Assembly (NCBI GenBank): GCA_016650015.1
Contig: JAENWV010000002.1
Span: 1-39,760, forward strand
Reading direction: 5' to 3'
DNA: 39,760 nucleotides
From: Thermoleophilia bacterium
Lineage (GTDB): Bacteria; Actinomycetota; Thermoleophilia; BMS3ABIN01
Shown here: piece by piece, positions 17,374 through 25,193 of the stretch
Layout: every line of letters begins with the position of its first letter
Numbering within the stretch: position 1 is the first letter of the stretch
Notes under the pieces: generated by a model
Databases searched by the model: none
Seen by the model: the letters and a program-made list of their open reading frames with translations, nothing else
Told to the model about the DNA's origin: nothing
Translations under genes and position numbers: made by a program

Positions 17374-18534
17374 ATGGAGCTCCGCACACATTTAAGACAT
17401 TTCGATTACGCCCTGCTGGCCGCGGTGGCCGGCCTGGTGGCTTACGGTTCGCTGATCATCTACAGCGCCACCCATTCCGACCCCAACCTGTCAAGCCCCT
17501 ACTATTACGTCAAGATACAGCTGGTGGCCGCCCTGCTCGGCATCATCTTCATGGCGGTTGTGGCCTTTATCGATTTCCGCATTCTGAGGAATTTCCGGCA
17601 GCACATATATTTTGCCATCATAGGAATGATCCTGCTGCTCTTTATCGTCGGCGCCGAGGCCAAGGGATCGACGCGCTGGATTCCCCTGGGATTTTTCAAT
17701 CTGCAGCCATCGGAGGTGGCGAAGATCGGCATGATCGTGGTGCTGGCGGCATTCCTCTCGGAGCGGCCCCGTGGCGAGCTGGAGACGCGGACCACTCTGT
17801 CGGCGCTGGGCATCGCCGCGATACCCGTCTTCCTGGTTTTCATCCAGCCGGATTTCGGTACGGCACTGGTCCTGGCTTCCCTGACGGTGGCGCTGCTCTT
17901 TCTCTATGGAATCCGCTGGCTGCATTTCGGCATCATGTTCGCGGCGGTAAGCGGCGCGCTCCTGATGATGCTGAAGGTGCTGCCGGTTATCGGTATCCAG
18001 ATACTGAAGCCCTATCAGATCGACCGCCTGCTGGTCTTCCTGCATCCGGAACACGACCCCGGCGGTTCCGGCTACCATCTGCTGCAGTCGAAGATCGCCA
18101 TCGGCTCGGGGATGATGGCCGGCAAAGGCCTTTACCAGGGCACGCAGACCCAGCTCAATTTCCTGCCGGAGCACCACACCGATTTTGTTTTTTCGGTTTT
18201 AGGCGAGGAGCTGGGATTTATCGGCATCGCCGTGCTGCTGGCGCTATACGTGCTGGTCATCTGGCGGGGCCTGCGGATAGCCATCATTTCCGAAAGCATA
18301 TTCGGCAGCCTGATCGCCGGTGGTGTCGTCAGTATGCTGCTCTTTCAGGTTTTTGTTAACATTGGCATGACCATCGGCATCATGCCGATCACAGGAATCC
18401 CGTTGCCCTTTGTCAGTTATGGCGGGAGCTCCATGGTGGTAAATTTACTGGCCATCGGCCTGCTGGAAAGCATCCATGTGCGCAGCAGGCTGGCTGGCGA
18501 CAGGAGGTACAGGCGTGCCCAGACTACCGCTTAG
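17374..18534 (+). CDS. rodA: SEDS-family peptidoglycan glycosyltransferase RodA
   Basis: 386 aa and polytopic, with SEDS hallmarks (LQPSEVAKIGMIV, HTDFVFSVLGEELGFIG, PLPFVSYGGSS). It directly follows PBP2. Confidence 0.93.
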   Translation: MELRTHLRHFDYALLAAVAGLVAYGSLIIYSATHSDPNLSSPYYYVKIQLVAALLGIIFMAVVAFIDFRILRNFRQHIYFAIIGMILLLFIVGAEAKGSTRWIPLGFFNLQPSEVAKIGMIVVLAAFLSERPRGELETRTTLSALGIAAIPVFLVFIQPDFGTALVLASLTVALLFLYGIRWLHFGIMFAAVSGALLMMLKVLPVIGIQILKPYQIDRLLVFLHPEHDPGGSGYHLLQSKIAIGSGMMAGKGLYQGTQTQLNFLPEHHTDFVFSVLGEELGFIGIAVLLALYVLVIWRGLRIAIISESIFGSLIAGGVVSMLLFQVFVNIGMTIGIMPITGIPLPFVSYGGSSMVVNLLAIGLLESIHVRSRLAGDRRYRRAQTTA

Positions 18535-19411
18535 CCCGAGAAAGGTATATTCCGCGGTTCGCGAGGTGCAGAAGGAGAGCGAAGGGCCGGCCAGGCTACT
18601 GGTAACCGGTTCCGACCGGACGGCCGTGACTGCCGTTTATGAGGCGCTGATCCAGGGTGCCGCGTCCGCCCAGGCGACCTGCCTGATAGACGCCTCGGCA
18701 GGCGGTGAGAGTGAGCCGCTGCCGCCTTTGTCCCAGATGAGCTCCGGCGATCTGGTCATATTGGCAGTCTCTCCGGCGGTGATGGATTCCCCGGTTTTTG
18801 GCAGCCGCCTGGTGGAGTCCGAACAAGCCGGGTCGCCGGTGGTTGTCGTCCTCACTGAGGCTCCTGGTATAGAAATTTCTTTTCCCGGGGTCGGGCCCAG
18901 CCGCGTGCTCGGCATGGCTCCCGGGGGTATTGTGCCCGCTGATGTGCTGGCCGAGGCGGTGGCTGACGCCGCCGGCGACGCCATCGTGGCGCTGGCCGCC
19001 AAATTGCCTGCCTTGCGGGATGAAGCCTGCCGCCAGATCATCAGCAGGACGGCGCGGCAGAATGCCGTCGTCGGTTGTCTGTTTATCATTCCCGGCGCCG
19101 ACCTGCCGGTCATGACCATCAATGAAGCGCGGATGGTGTTGCGCATAGCCGCCGCCCATGGAGAGTCCGTGGGCACTGAAAGGGCGCTGGAGATTCTCGG
19201 AGTTATCGGCAGCGGTTTCGGTCTGCGGGCCGTCGCCCGGCAGGCGCTGGATTTCTTGCCCGGCCCCGGCTGGGTGGTCAAGGGCGGAGTGGCCTGGAGC
19301 GGTACGCGGGCTCTCGGCGAAGCGGCCAAAGCCTATTTTGACGGTTCCACTCGCCTGACTCCATCGCGGCTGACGCCGCTGGTCGACAAACTGAAGAAGC
19401 TCAGGGGATAG
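18515..19411 (+). CDS. Uncharacterised protein: degenerate GTPase-like N-terminal half plus DUF697-like C-terminal half
   Basis: The GTG at 18515 lies 7 nt after AGGAGG (18502-18507) and overlaps the rodA end by 20 nt. The C-terminal IIPGADLPVMTINEARMVLRIAAAHGESV...GFGLRAVARQ resembles the DUF697 pattern from memory. The N-terminal LLVTGSDRTAV occupies the position of a P-loop but lacks GK[ST]. Confidence 0.6.
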   Translation: MPRLPLSPRKVYSAVREVQKESEGPARLLVTGSDRTAVTAVYEALIQGAASAQATCLIDASAGGESEPLPPLSQMSSGDLVILAVSPAVMDSPVFGSRLVESEQAGSPVVVVLTEAPGIEISFPGVGPSRVLGMAPGGIVPADVLAEAVADAAGDAIVALAAKLPALRDEACRQIISRTARQNAVVGCLFIIPGADLPVMTINEARMVLRIAAAHGESVGTERALEILGVIGSGFGLRAVARQALDFLPGPGWVVKGGVAWSGTRALGEAAKAYFDGSTRLTPSRLTPLVDKLKKLRG

Positions 19412-19456
19412 CGGCCGCCGCGGTCCTCCCGGGTTCGAATCCTGGTGACGGAGAAA

Positions 19457-21214
19457 ATGGAAAAAAGAATTGAATCCCTCCTCGAGAGGGTAGAGAAGCC
19501 TGCACGATATATCGGCGGCGAGGTAGGCAGCGTAGTCAAGCAGGATTATTCCCTGCGGGTCGTCCTCAGCTACCCTGATGTCTACGAGATCGGCACGGCC
19601 AACCAGGCTGTGCAGATCATCTACTCGCTGATCAATCTGCATAGCAACGCCTGGGCGGAGCGCGTCTATTGTCCCTGGCCCGACCTGTCGGCGCTGATGC
19701 GCGAAGAGTCGGTGCCACTTTTTGCCCTGGAGAGCTGGGAGCCGGTCAGCGGCGCCGACCTCTGGGGATTTACCCTGCAGCACGAGCTTACCTACACTAA
19801 CATTCTCGAGATGCTGGACCTTGCCGGAGTCCCGCTGCACTGGCAGGACCGCGGCGATGGTGATCCGCTGGTCTTCGCCGGCGGTCCCTGTGCCAGCAAT
19901 CCCCATCCGGTGGTGGCATTTTTCGATTTTATCCTCGTCGGTGACGGCGAGCAGGCAGTGCCGCAGGTGCTGAAGATCTGTGAGGAAGGCAAGGACTTGC
20001 CGCGGCGGCAGCTGCTCACGCAGCTCGCCGATCTCGAGGGGATTTTCGTGCCGGCCTTCCCCCGCCGGGTAAAGCGGGCGGTGGTATCAGAACTAGATTA
20101 TTCCCTGGCGCCGCTGCGGCCGGTAATACCCTCGATGGGTGCCGTCCACGACCGCGCCACCCTGGAGATAATGCGCGGCTGCACCCGCGGCTGCCGTTTC
20201 TGCATGGCGGGTAACTGGTACCGGCCGGTGCGCGAGCGTCCGGCCGGGGAAGTCTGCCGCGCCATCGCCGATCTGGTAGCGGGCACCGGCTACGACGAGG
20301 CTTCGCTGAGCTCGCTGTCCACCACCGACTACAGCTGTATTCAGGAGACGCTCACCAGCCTGGCCGAGTCCCTGCCACGGCTCACCGTATCGCTGCCATC
20401 GCTGCGCGTGGACCCGGAGGCCATACGCCTGCTGGGTCTGACCTCCTCGAGACGCAGTTCGATCACCCTGGCCCCCGAGGCGGGCAGCCAGCGGCTTCGT
20501 GACGCCATCAACAAGCAGGTGAGTGGAGAGGATATCCAGCAGGCGATCAGCGAAGCATTCCGCTGCGGCTGCAACACGGTCAAACTTTACTTCATGATTG
20601 GCCTGCCCACCGAGACCGAGGCCGACTTGCAGGGGATCATCGACATCGCCACCGCTGCCCGGCGCATCGGCCGGCAGGAGGGCGAGAATGCCGGACGGGT
20701 GCAGATCAACGTCAGCATCGCCAGCTTTGTCCCCAAGGCGCACACGCCATTCCAGTGGGGCGGCATGAACGGTCGCGAGGAGCTGGCCGCCAAGCACGAA
20801 TTCCTGCGGCGGAACATGCCGCGCAAGCAGATCAAGCTGAGCCTGCACGAGCTCGAGCCTAGCCTGGTGGAAGGCGCCATCGCCCGTGGCCGCGATGAGA
20901 CCGCCGTCGCCATCGAGGCGGCCTGGCGCGCCGGCTCAGGCTTCGACGCCTGGACCGAGAAGTTCAGCATCACGGCCTGGGAGACCGGCTTCGCCGCCAT
21001 CGGCAGCAGCATCGAGCAGGAGGCGATCCGCACTTTCCCGGTGGACGCCGAGTTGCCCTGGGACGATATCGACTCCCGGGTCAGCAAGGAATTCCTGCTG
21101 GAGGAGAAGGAAAGAGCTGACCGGGGCGAGGTAACTCTGGACTGCCGCCAGGGTCCCTGTGAGAACTGCGGCGTCTGCGAAGGAGATATCGAAATGAGGA
21201 TCGCCAAACCATGA
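19457..21214 (+). CDS. Radical SAM protein, B12-binding-like N-terminal domain (TIGR03960-like family of unknown function)
   Basis: CX3CX2C cluster motif in MRGCTRGCRFCMAG and the N-terminal KPARYIGGE motif typical of this family. It pairs with the DUF2344-like ORF downstream. The ATG at 19457 follows GGAG. The GTG at 19445 is an alternative start. Confidence 0.85.
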   Translation: MEKRIESLLERVEKPARYIGGEVGSVVKQDYSLRVVLSYPDVYEIGTANQAVQIIYSLINLHSNAWAERVYCPWPDLSALMREESVPLFALESWEPVSGADLWGFTLQHELTYTNILEMLDLAGVPLHWQDRGDGDPLVFAGGPCASNPHPVVAFFDFILVGDGEQAVPQVLKICEEGKDLPRRQLLTQLADLEGIFVPAFPRRVKRAVVSELDYSLAPLRPVIPSMGAVHDRATLEIMRGCTRGCRFCMAGNWYRPVRERPAGEVCRAIADLVAGTGYDEASLSSLSTTDYSCIQETLTSLAESLPRLTVSLPSLRVDPEAIRLLGLTSSRRSSITLAPEAGSQRLRDAINKQVSGEDIQQAISEAFRCGCNTVKLYFMIGLPTETEADLQGIIDIATAARRIGRQEGENAGRVQINVSIASFVPKAHTPFQWGGMNGREELAAKHEFLRRNMPRKQIKLSLHELEPSLVEGAIARGRDETAVAIEAAWRAGSGFDAWTEKFSITAWETGFAAIGSSIEQEAIRTFPVDAELPWDDIDSRVSKEFLLEEKERADRGEVTLDCRQGPCENCGVCEGDIEMRIAKP

Positions 21215-21257
21215 GCTCGGACAGACAGATTTATTGCGCCGCCGGGGTGTCCGGATC

Positions 21258-21956
21258 ATGAATTTCAATTACCAGATGCGCTTTTCCAAGACCGGAAGGG
21301 CCCGGTTCATCTCCCACCTAGACACGCTGAGCTGCCTGATGCGGGCCATCCGCCGCTCCGGTTTCGAGCTGTCCTTTTCCCAGGGAATGCGGCCAAAGCC
21401 CATCCTCAGCCTGGCAATGCCCCTTGGGGTCGGCGTTGAGGGCGAGGACGAGATCTGTGATTTTTCCCTGCAGCAGCGGGCTCCACTTACCGATCTGGCC
21501 AAAAAAATCAGCCGCGAGCTCCCCCAGGGAATGGCGCTCAAATCGGTGGGTCCCTGTTTTGACCGCTCCAAATCGGCTTCGCGGGTGGAATTCTGCGGCT
21601 ATCGCATCGAGCTCGCGGAAATTGCGGCCGATTTCGCGCCCGCCCTGGCCAAATATAATTCAGCTACTGAGCTGGTGCTGCTCAGGCGGCGGCCCAAGGG
21701 CGACAAGGAAGTCGACATCAAAAAATATGTCGACGAAGTGCACCTGATCGAGGAAGGCGGCGGCATCGCCTTCGATATGAAGGTCACCCCGGAGGGAACC
21801 GCGCGCCCCGACGAGATCATCGAGGCGCTGGCCGGTTTCGCCGGGAAAGAAATAAAACCGGCCCGGATCGTCCGCACCGAAATCAGGCTCAAGGAAGAGG
21901 AACAGCCGAAGCCGCCGCGTCCGGGCAGGCCGCCATATCGCGGCCGCCGGCGTTGA
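21258..21956 (+). CDS. Radical-SAM-linked protein (DUF2344 / TIGR03936-like)
   Basis: MRFSKTGRARFISHLDTLSCLMRAIRRSGFELSFSQGMRPKP matches the family N-terminus as I recall it. It has a basic Pro-rich C-terminus. The start could be 21234 (TTG), 21258 or 21276 (ATG). Confidence 0.78.
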   Translation: MNFNYQMRFSKTGRARFISHLDTLSCLMRAIRRSGFELSFSQGMRPKPILSLAMPLGVGVEGEDEICDFSLQQRAPLTDLAKKISRELPQGMALKSVGPCFDRSKSASRVEFCGYRIELAEIAADFAPALAKYNSATELVLLRRRPKGDKEVDIKKYVDEVHLIEEGGGIAFDMKVTPEGTARPDEIIEALAGFAGKEIKPARIVRTEIRLKEEEQPKPPRPGRPPYRGRRR

Positions 21957-22310
21957 CTTCGATGATTATTTCGCTTATTTCTGGTATATCCCGGACTGAA
22001 TATATATAATCTCCCCTGCGGGGGCGATTGAGAACGATTTTCCCCCAAAAGTTTTTCGCCCACATTTGTTTTCCCGAGCGAACTGTCGTCTGGAAAGAGC
22101 TATCAGCCTGAACGAATCGCCATCCGGGAGACTTTCACCCTGAGTGGAGCGAAGGAAACAGGCGGATTTACGAATTCCTTAATGTTTCCCGTGGGCGATT
22201 TTGCGGAAGATTACCTGTAAAGTTTTGGCCGAAGGCGTGAACAAGGGTTTCGCGGCAGCGGGACCTGAAATCGCCGGGCCGCATAATTTACGAAAGGCAG
22301 ATGAAGTTTC

Positions 22311-24095
22311 ATGGCTAGTCGCTCCAAGCAGATTCTGGTGAGCGCTGAGCCGAACGAGCTTAAGGTAGCGGTTCTTGAGCAGGGACGGCTTTGCGAGATC
22401 TATGTTGAACGGAAGGGCCGCCGGCCGCTGGCCGGCAACATCTACAAGGGCAAGGTCGAGAACGTGCTCCCCGGCATGGAAGCGGCCTTCGTCGACATCG
22501 GGCTGGAGAAGAACGGCTTCCTCTACGTTGAGGAAGTCATGGTCCACGAAGATCCTGACAAGCGCCCCAAGAAGATAACCCAGATGCTCCGCTCGGGGCA
22601 GGAGATACTCGTCCAGATCGTCAAGGACCCCATGGGCACCAAGGGCGCCCGGCTGACCACCTCGCTTTCCATCCCCGGGCGTTTCATGGTTTACGTTCCC
22701 GGCGGCGACGGCGCCGGCGTCTCCCGCCGACTGCCCGACGAAGAGCGTCAGCGCCTCAGGCAATTATGCAAGGAACTGAAGATCAAGGGTGCCGGCCTGA
22801 TCGTGCGCACCGCCGCCGAAGGGGTCACAAAAAAGGAACTGCTCAACGACGTCAAGTTCCTCGAAAAGATGTGGCAGACCGTCCAGGGGCGCGACAAGGG
22901 CTCCAAGGCGCCGGCGCTGCTTTACTCCGAGGCTGAGGTCTCCCTCAAGGTTATTCGCGATATTTTCAACGATACTTTTGAGCGCATCCTGGTTGATTCC
23001 CAGAAGGAATATGACAAGATCCGCTCATTTATCAAAAAGACCTCGCCCAAGCTGGCGGAGCGTGTCGAGATGTACCAGGGCAGCAAGCCGCTGATGGAGA
23101 CCTACGGCGTCGACGCGGAGATCAAGCAGGCGCTGCTCAGGCGCGTGGACCTGCCCAGCGGCGGTTATCTGATCATCGAGTTTACCGAGGCGTTGACCAT
23201 CATCGACGTGAACACCGGGCGTTACGTGGGCCGCACCAGGCTCGAGGACACCATCGTCAAGACCAACATCGAGGCCTGTAAGGAGGTCGTGCGCCAGCTG
23301 AGGCTGCGCGACATCGGCGGCATCATCATTATCGACTTCATCGACATGGCCCGGCCGCGCAACCGCCAGCAGGTGCTGGACACGCTGGGCAAGGAACTGG
23401 AGACCGACCGTACCAAGACCTACATCGTCGAACTATCGCCGCTGGGGCTGGTCGAGATGACCCGGCAGAACGTCACTGACGGCCTGCGCGGCATACTGAC
23501 CAAGACCTGCCCCACCTGCAACGGTGAGGGCGTCATCCTCAGCGAGGAGTCCATGGCCTTCGACATTGAACGGCGGCTCAGGCGCCTGGCCGAGACATCT
23601 TCCAACGAGGCATTTCTGGTGGAGGTGCACCCCAAGGTGGCGGCCATGCTGATCGGCCAGGGTGGCGCCAAGCTCAAGGAGATCGAGGAGGAGACCAAAA
23701 AGTACTTCAGCTTCGAGGGGCTGGACACCATCTCCATCGATACCTTCAACGTCTCCGCCGAAGGCAGCCGCGAGGCTATCCAGCGCGCGTCGCTGCCGGT
23801 GGCCGAGGGGGATGAGGTGCGTCTGCGCATCGAGGAGCCCCACATGTATAACACCAACGACGGCATCGCCAGGATCGATGGCTACGTCATCAGCATCTCC
23901 GGCGCCGGCAAACTGGTGGGCCAGGACAAGAAAGTGCACATCGACAGCGTCAGCCGGACCTGCGCCTATGGCAAAGTGGTCGAGGAGATCGCGTCACAGA
24001 CCGAGCCGGAAGCAGCCGCCAGCGCCGCTGGCAGCGAGGACGTGGATGTCCCCAAGCGGCAGGACTGGAGAATCGGCCGCGAGGACCGCGATTAA
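22311..24095 (+). CDS. rng: Ribonuclease E/G family endoribonuclease
   Basis: S1 domain (GNIYKGKVENVLPGMEAAFVDIGLEKNGFLYV), catalytic core (IIDVNTGRYVG, IIIIDFIDM), Zn-link CPTCNGEG. At 594 aa it lacks a long scaffold region. Confidence 0.92.
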   Translation: MASRSKQILVSAEPNELKVAVLEQGRLCEIYVERKGRRPLAGNIYKGKVENVLPGMEAAFVDIGLEKNGFLYVEEVMVHEDPDKRPKKITQMLRSGQEILVQIVKDPMGTKGARLTTSLSIPGRFMVYVPGGDGAGVSRRLPDEERQRLRQLCKELKIKGAGLIVRTAAEGVTKKELLNDVKFLEKMWQTVQGRDKGSKAPALLYSEAEVSLKVIRDIFNDTFERILVDSQKEYDKIRSFIKKTSPKLAERVEMYQGSKPLMETYGVDAEIKQALLRRVDLPSGGYLIIEFTEALTIIDVNTGRYVGRTRLEDTIVKTNIEACKEVVRQLRLRDIGGIIIIDFIDMARPRNRQQVLDTLGKELETDRTKTYIVELSPLGLVEMTRQNVTDGLRGILTKTCPTCNGEGVILSEESMAFDIERRLRRLAETSSNEAFLVEVHPKVAAMLIGQGGAKLKEIEEETKKYFSFEGLDTISIDTFNVSAEGSREAIQRASLPVAEGDEVRLRIEEPHMYNTNDGIARIDGYVISISGAGKLVGQDKKVHIDSVSRTCAYGKVVEEIASQTEPEAAASAAGSEDVDVPKRQDWRIGREDRD

Positions 24096-24113
24096 AATGT
24101 TTATAATTTATAA

Positions 24114-24149
24114 TCTGGGACACCTTACTGAACTCCCGGGTGCGTGGAC
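24114..24149. repeat. Left 36-bp inverted repeat of the transposase unit
   Basis: See the mobile_element entry. It is preceded by tandem TTATAAT TTATAAT (24101-24114). Confidence 0.85.
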
Positions 24150-24223
24150 TGGAATTTTCATCCACAAAGACATTTCCCTTAAAGATGTTTCCCTCAAATT
24201 TATAAGAATCGTTACCTCCCCGC

Positions 24224-24252
24224 TTGACTATCAACCACTTTCGAAATATAAG
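24224..24252 (+). promoter_or_regulatory. Candidate promoter TTGACT-17 nt-TATAAG for the transposase gene
   Basis: TTGACT at 24224-24229, a 17-nt spacer, TATAAG at 24247-24252. The ATG at 24261 lies only 8 nt after the -10 and no SD is present, so the mRNA would be leaderless or nearly so. Confidence 0.45.
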
Positions 24253-24260
24253 CTACAAGC

Positions 24261-24941
24261 ATGCCAAGAATCGCGCGGGTAGTTGCGCCCGGAGTTCCTC
24301 ATCATGTCACGCAACGTGGAAATCGCAGGCAGCGGACGTTCTTTACGAAGGAAGACTATCGGGCATATATCGAGTTGATGGCGAAGTGGTGCCGGCACTG
24401 CGCCGTAGACGTCTGGGCATATTGCCTTATGCCAAACCACGTGCATCTCATCGTCGTGCCCAAGACCAGTGATGGTTTAAAACGCGCCATCGGTGAAGCT
24501 CACCGGCTCTACACCCTAAGGATCAACCAGCGGCAGGGTTGGCGCGGCCATCTTTGGCAAGGGAGGTTCTATTCATATCCCATGGATGATGTTCATCTAC
24601 TGACCGCTGCCCGCTATATTGAGCAAAATCCTGTAAAAGCGGGGCTCGCAACGCTTCCGGAGGATTACCCATGGAGCAGCGCATTCGCTCACCTTACAGG
24701 AGAAGATGACCATTTGGTGAAAGTAGAGCCGCTACTTAAATACACGGGCGGCCGGGAGGGTTGGCGTGCTTTTCTCGCAGAAGAAGGCGACGAGCAGGGC
24801 CACGAGATTTTAAGAAAGCATGAGACGACCGGCAGGCCTGTGGGAAGCGATACATTTATCGATGAGCTCGAGCAGTCAACTGGCAGAATGCTGAGGTTGA
24901 AGAAACCTGGGCCAGAGCACGGTGTGCCGACCAAGGACTAG
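24261..24941 (+). CDS. HUH/Y1 single-strand DNA transposase, IS200-like / REP-associated tyrosine transposase (RAYT)-like
   Basis: 226 aa. HUH motif in CLMPNHVHLIVVP, catalytic-Tyr helix ARYIEQNPVKAGL, N-terminal HHVTQRGNRRQ typical of the longer COG1943-type proteins. Confidence 0.85.
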   Translation: MPRIARVVAPGVPHHVTQRGNRRQRTFFTKEDYRAYIELMAKWCRHCAVDVWAYCLMPNHVHLIVVPKTSDGLKRAIGEAHRLYTLRINQRQGWRGHLWQGRFYSYPMDDVHLLTAARYIEQNPVKAGLATLPEDYPWSSAFAHLTGEDDHLVKVEPLLKYTGGREGWRAFLAEEGDEQGHEILRKHETTGRPVGSDTFIDELEQSTGRMLRLKKPGPEHGVPTKD

Positions 24942-24956
24942 TAGGAGGATCAGGCT

Positions 24957-24992
24957 GTCCACGCAACCGGGAGTTCAGTAAGGTGTCCCAGA
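24957..24992. repeat. Right 36-bp inverted repeat of the transposase unit
   Basis: GTCCACGCAACCGGGAGTTCAGTAAGGTGTCCCAGA begins 16 nt after the transposase stop. Confidence 0.85.
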
Positions 24993-25035
24993 ATGAAACC
25001 CAGAATGAAACCTAAGGTGTCCCAGAATGAAACCC
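24979..25035. repeat. Patterned direct repeats A-B-B-A-B (A=TAAGGTGTCC, B=CAGAATGAAACC) extending from the outer end of the right inverted repeat
   Basis: The 23-mer TAAGGTGTCCCAGAATGAAACCC occurs at 24979-25001 and 25013-25035, with an extra B unit between them (25001-25012). Confidence 0.85.
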
Positions 25036-25136
25036 ATTTCGTATCCGCGCTGTGCTTTAAGCTCGTAGCAAGCGCCAGCGTCTCTCCAGCCGCTAACCAT
25101 AATCAAATCCCAAAGGTGGCTTTTACTTCCCCGCGT

Positions 25137-25145
25137 TGTTATAAT
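25137..25145 (+). promoter_or_regulatory. Extended -10 element TGtTATAAT upstream of rplU
   Basis: Read directly, 49 nt upstream of the rplU ATG. The -35 is weak (TGGCTT at 25117-25122). Confidence 0.4.
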
Positions 25146-25193
25146 CCCAAAGGCTTAAATTCCGGCTAATCATCAGTAATCTGAGGAAGATAT

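Larger units (their letters stand above)
24114..24992 (+). mobile_element. RAYT/IS200-like unit: Y1 transposase gene bracketed by 36-bp inverted repeats
   Basis: The left repeat TCTGGGACACCTTACTGAACTCCCGGGTGCGTGGAC (24114-24149) is the reverse complement of the right repeat (24957-24992) at 35 of 36 positions. The interval is visibly more AT-rich than its surroundings. Confidence 0.7.

Noticed and set aside
17208-18359. 383-aa + strand ORF in an alternative frame of rodA. Similar cases are 381-833 in tig and 23662-24282 in rng.
   Set aside because: These are Arg/Gly/Pro-rich alternative-frame translations of genes whose annotated frame carries all family motifs.
19429-19445. Canonical tRNA T-arm-like motif CCGGG-TTCGAAT-CCTGG (contains GGTTCGAATCC) in the 33-nt spacer before the radical SAM gene.
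   Set aside because: No acceptor stem can be formed: the 7 nt after the arm (TGACGGA) have no complement about 65 nt upstream. No D arm or anticodon arm is found, and the 5' part would lie inside the preceding CDS. It is at most a relic or a coincidence.
24979-25035. Short direct repeats next to the transposase, considered as a mini-CRISPR array.
   Set aside because: The units are only 10-23 nt and directly abut without unique spacers. They reiterate the end of the transposase-flanking inverted repeat, and no cas genes are present.
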